Source of the DNA: a virus
Lineage: Duplodnaviria > Caudoviricetes
DNA length: 39,434 bases
IMG/VR virus record: IMGVR_UViG_3300020042_002437
Span: 1-39,434 of that record
Strand: one strand, 5' to 3'
Made by a program: the position numbers and the translations under genes. Under the pieces are notes generated by a model. The model saw only the letters and a program-made list of their open reading frames with translations, had not been told where the DNA came from and searched no databases. Within the stretch, counting starts at the first letter, position 1; each line of letters begins with the position of its first letter. Positions 36,600 through 39,434 of this stretch are shown one piece after another.

Positions 36600-37222
36600 T
36601 AGACCATACGTCCTTTGGTTTTGCCCTTGGTAGCGCAGCCATCACCACGCTTAGAGGCAGTTGATCCGCCCTTAGCAAACTGTTCAACGGGTTTTATCAT
36701 ACGTTTCTCCGGCATCTCCGGTGCACGTTTTGGTGGCGTCCTTGGGAGTTTATCCGGCATCTCCGGTGCACGTTTTGGTGGCGTAGTCTTTGGGCGCTTA
36801 TCCGGCATCTGCGGTGCACTTTTTTTCGGTTGATCCGCTAAAGCTGCGCTTATCTTATCTGCGTCTGCCTTCGCCCGCCCCATCATTCTGTTTACGCCCT
36901 TACTAGCGCCTGCTATCAAGCCACTGGCAATATCCCTAGGAAAGCTACCCAAAGGGCTAAGCCTATCGTTTAACTCCACTAGGCCCGAGCGTAAACGGGC
37001 ACTAGTATCCCTGCTCTTTTTGTCGATAGTGCCGCCAGCAGCGTAGATGTCTTGGTCGGGATAGTTCTCATAAGTCGCGCCGTAACGCTTCTTATTTTCT
37101 ATACGCCGCAAAAGCTCTGCCGTCTCACGCTTCAAACGCGCACTATCGCTCTCACCGGGACGCGGCTCAAAGCCACGGCGATATCCCTTTTTTGGAGGTA
37201 CGGGTTTTAAATACTTAGGCAT
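36599..37222 (-). CDS. Basic low-complexity protein
   Basis: YAAGG and FAKGG motifs, TPPKRAPEMP repeats, and a C-terminus shared with the upstream gene. Confidence 0.75.
   Translation of the reverse strand: MPKYLKPVPPKKGYRRGFEPRPGESDSARLKRETAELLRRIENKKRYGATYENYPDQDIYAAGGTIDKKSRDTSARLRSGLVELNDRLSPLGSFPRDIASGLIAGASKGVNRMMGRAKADADKISAALADQPKKSAPQMPDKRPKTTPPKRAPEMPDKLPRTPPKRAPEMPEKRMIKPVEQFAKGGSTASKRGDGCATKGKTKGRMV
36708..36819. repeat. Coding repeat: two exact 32-bp copies plus a partial third
   Basis: TCCGGCATCTCCGGTGCACGTTTTGGTGGCGT at 36708-36739 and 36753-36784; partial copy at 36801-36819. Confidence 0.9.
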
Positions 37223-37800
37223 TATACAAACCTTCCTTTGGTTTTACCCTTGGTAGCGCAGCCATCACCACGCTTAGAAGCAGCAGAACCGCCCTTGGCC
37301 ATCTTGGTTAGTGGTTGACCCTTGTGCTTGGCACGCTCGTGCTTGTGTACGGCTTCAGCGGCGCTGACCTTACTGCCCTTTTTGAAACCCGGAACACCGC
37401 GCCCCTTGAGTACGTCTGCCCGAGTGACCTTGCCGTCACCAGTAAGATCAGGGAGTTTACCACCTTTTTTAAAAGATGTTCTAAACGTACCACCTACTTT
37501 GCCGCCACCCATAGGGCTTACGCCGACAGATAAACTGCCCTTACCTACAGGGATATCCCTAACCCCAAAGACCTTTCCAACGGGAGTTCGTACTTTACCG
37601 ACGCTCACTTTGGGGCTAGAAGAGCCACCGCCGCCACCGCCACCGCCAGAGTCGTCCCCGCCAAACCTGCTACCGAGGGAGCTGCTAACAAAGCTAGGCT
37701 CACGCATCATACGATCCAGCGCAAGGGCATCCGCTGCACGGCTTCCGCTTACGACGATTTCGCCGCCATCATCATAACGCTTTGCTTTTTTGCGTGCCAT
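37222..37800 (-). CDS. Basic Gly/Lys-rich protein
   Basis: YDDGG, FKKGG and MAKGG motifs; PDLTGDGKVTRADVL loop; TAATG coupling at both ends. Confidence 0.75.
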   Translation of the reverse strand: MARKKAKRYDDGGEIVVSGSRAADALALDRMMREPSFVSSSLGSRFGGDDSGGGGGGGGSSSPKVSVGKVRTPVGKVFGVRDIPVGKGSLSVGVSPMGGGKVGGTFRTSFKKGGKLPDLTGDGKVTRADVLKGRGVPGFKKGSKVSAAEAVHKHERAKHKGQPLTKMAKGGSAASKRGDGCATKGKTKGRFV

Positions 37801-38534
37801 TATGCAGCTTCCTTCTTTAAGGGGACGATCATCGGATAGAGGATGTCGTTGCCGAAATCACCTTCATATTCCTGTACGCCCATGTGGCCTAGCTTGATGG
37901 TTGGGTCGATCCAAACTTCAAAGCCTTGCTCACGCGCACGGTCGCAGAAGAGGTAATCCTCTCCAACGTAACCTTCGTCAGTTAGCATGAAGTCAAATAT
38001 GCAGGGGACAGTACGCTTTGTGCGTTCGTCGTAATAGCGCCACTCAGGATGAGCAGCGTTAAGGGTCTCAAATACATCGCGGCGAACCATCATAAAGGCG
38101 GTAGCCACGCGCTGGGCACGGACAAGGCCCATACCATCCATAGTAATCTCGCCGTCATCTTGGTCAAGAGTAGCGATGTATTGCTTAGCTGTACTGCGCG
38201 TACGTGGTACACCAGCAACAATACCCCTCTTGGGGTCTGAGGTCCAAGCCATCAGGCGGAAAATGTCGGCAGCTTCAAAATTAATGTCAGCGTCGATGAA
38301 CATCAAGTCCGTGCAGTCGGAGTCCAGCATATCCTGCGCGAGCAGGTTGCGAGCACGGGAGACAACAGAGCAGCCACATATGCTACCGATCTGAATATCA
38401 ACCCCGTGCTGCTGGGCTTGCTGAGCAAACTGGGCCAACGAGATAGCCAACTTCAAAGAAACCTTGAAGTCATAAGCAGGTAGCGCAATAAAAACGCTAC
38501 GTCCTGCTAGGTTAAACGCTTGTTCATTTTGCAT
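37800..38534 (-). CDS. GT-A fold (GT2-like) glycosyltransferase-like protein
   Basis: VSRARNLL, LMFIDADI (DxD), ATAFMMVRRDVF, GEDYLFC and LGHMG. Confidence 0.82.
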   Translation of the reverse strand: MQNEQAFNLAGRSVFIALPAYDFKVSLKLAISLAQFAQQAQQHGVDIQIGSICGCSVVSRARNLLAQDMLDSDCTDLMFIDADINFEAADIFRLMAWTSDPKRGIVAGVPRTRSTAKQYIATLDQDDGEITMDGMGLVRAQRVATAFMMVRRDVFETLNAAHPEWRYYDERTKRTVPCIFDFMLTDEGYVGEDYLFCDRAREQGFEVWIDPTIKLGHMGVQEYEGDFGNDILYPMIVPLKKEAA

Positions 38535-38537
38535 ATA

Positions 38538-38816
38538 TCACCCATAGAAAACGGAAATTGTGCAGTTTGCCAACGTAGCATGTACGTTAGTCGCAAACCG
38601 TACACCTTCGCCGGGTATAATAATATTTTGAAAAGCTACCACCGCTGGCGTAGTAATTTCAAGCAGCGTAGTGCCGCCTGAACCGCCATCTTTAAGGACA
38701 ACGGAACCGGCAGCAGCGCTTGAAGTAACAACCACACTCTTTACACGGCTTGGGAACGCCAAAAGGGTACCAGTTGCAGCTAGGGCAACGTTTTTAACAT
38801 CAGTTTGCATAGCCAT
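38538..38816 (-). CDS. Small beta-rich virion protein
   Basis: 92 aa ending IPGEGVRF...SVFYG; AGGAGG RBS. Confidence 0.7.
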   Translation of the reverse strand: MAMQTDVKNVALAATGTLLAFPSRVKSVVVTSSAAAGSVVLKDGGSGGTTLLEITTPAVVAFQNIIIPGEGVRFATNVHATLANCTISVFYG

Positions 38817-38842
38817 AGGAAGGCCCTCCTATTAAGTGGCTA

Positions 38843-39367
38843 TTACGTGGTTAGAAACGGCGTGGCTGTACCACCGGAAGTGATTAATTCACCCTGAATT
38901 AACCATTGGGTCGAGGTGATAGCCGTGACGGTAAAGAACGAACCAACGATACCGCCAGTAGTCGAGCCGTTCAGGTTGATCGAGCGGATAGTCGTACCGT
39001 TAGCAACGAAATTGCTGGCTGCGCTGCTAGCATCAGCCATGCTAACTCCACCGAGCAAGAAGTTGCTTGCAGCCGTTATTACCTTAACCGCAGTAGAAGC
39101 AGTAGTGATAACAAACGTGTAGGTGGTGCCGAGGTTGTTAGGGTTGTTTGGATCAGAACCCGGACCAGACGAAGCTGGGTTAGCCGACGCGTTAAGCGTA
39201 GGTAGCGTGATCGTGGTCGTAGCCAAAGTGATAGGGAGGATTCTACCAGAATAGTTGTTGACGTCGAGTGTCAATGTGGCAGTCGAAACCGCAGAAACTG
39301 CGCCGGGACCCTGTGAAATAAAGCCGTTCAATGAGCGAACGGGACCTTGGAAAGTTGTAAGCGCCAT
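38843..39367 (-). CDS. Putative capsid decoration / minor head protein
   Basis: MALTTFQGPVRS start (ATG 39367, GGAG RBS); Thr/Ser-rich beta protein at the head end of the late block. Confidence 0.6.
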   Translation of the reverse strand: MALTTFQGPVRSLNGFISQGPGAVSAVSTATLTLDVNNYSGRILPITLATTTITLPTLNASANPASSGPGSDPNNPNNLGTTYTFVITTASTAVKVITAASNFLLGGVSMADASSAASNFVANGTTIRSINLNGSTTGGIVGSFFTVTAITSTQWLIQGELITSGGTATPFLTT

Positions 39368-39381
39368 AATAATATCTCCGT

Positions 39382-39413
39382 GTAGTAGCACATTCCCACA
39401 CCATCGCTACTAC
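39382..39413 (-). promoter_or_regulatory. Leader hairpin directly upstream of the RBS
   Basis: GTAGTAGC (39382-39389) and GCTACTAC (39406-39413) form a perfect 8-bp inverted repeat. Confidence 0.5.
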
Positions 39414-39434
39414 GTCTGCTAGGACAGTTGATGC

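Noticed and set aside
36611-37283. Near-identical repeat pair as a diversity-generating retroelement TR/VR
   Set aside because: No reverse transcriptase in the window, both copies are coding, and the two differences are synonymous.
1-39434. tRNA, rRNA, integrase, transposase, intron or intein
   Set aside because: None recognised by eye; intergenic gaps are too short for most. tRNAscan-SE and Infernal were not run.

Overview
A 39.4-kb piece of a tailed dsDNA phage genome with podovirus-like morphogenesis genes. The host is probably Gram-negative (spanin pair); promoter shapes weakly suggest an alphaproteobacterium. Two convergent gene blocks meet at about 8.3 kb. The + strand block (1-8273) is for replication and recombination: a partial GT-A-like gene, HTH/DUF6378-like protein, Cas4-like nuclease, HNH-like protein, SNF2 helicase, SSB-like protein, HTH regulator and primase-helicase. 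The - strand late block (39367 down to 8358) holds head-associated proteins, a glycosyltransferase, small basic proteins, adaptors, tail fibres, a modification-enzyme cassette, a lysis cassette, a tail nozzle and four internal/ejection proteins, the last a 2837-aa polyvalent protein. Terminase, portal, major capsid and DNA polymerase genes are not in the window. The top finding is a ~73-nt element (about 8287-8359) with its own predicted promoter and terminator. It consists of modules antisense to the translation-initiation regions of at least four replication genes, including a perfect 17-nt match over the primase-helicase RBS and ATG, so it is a candidate multi-target anti-Shine-Dalgarno sRNA. 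Other highlights: a GHKL ATPase plus HEXXH module in the giant ejection protein; a [MYF]xxGG motif shared by six unrelated putative virion proteins; and a mirror-symmetric repeat adhesin next to an oxygenase/sulfotransferase cassette. All family names come from motif recognition by eye and need HMM confirmation.
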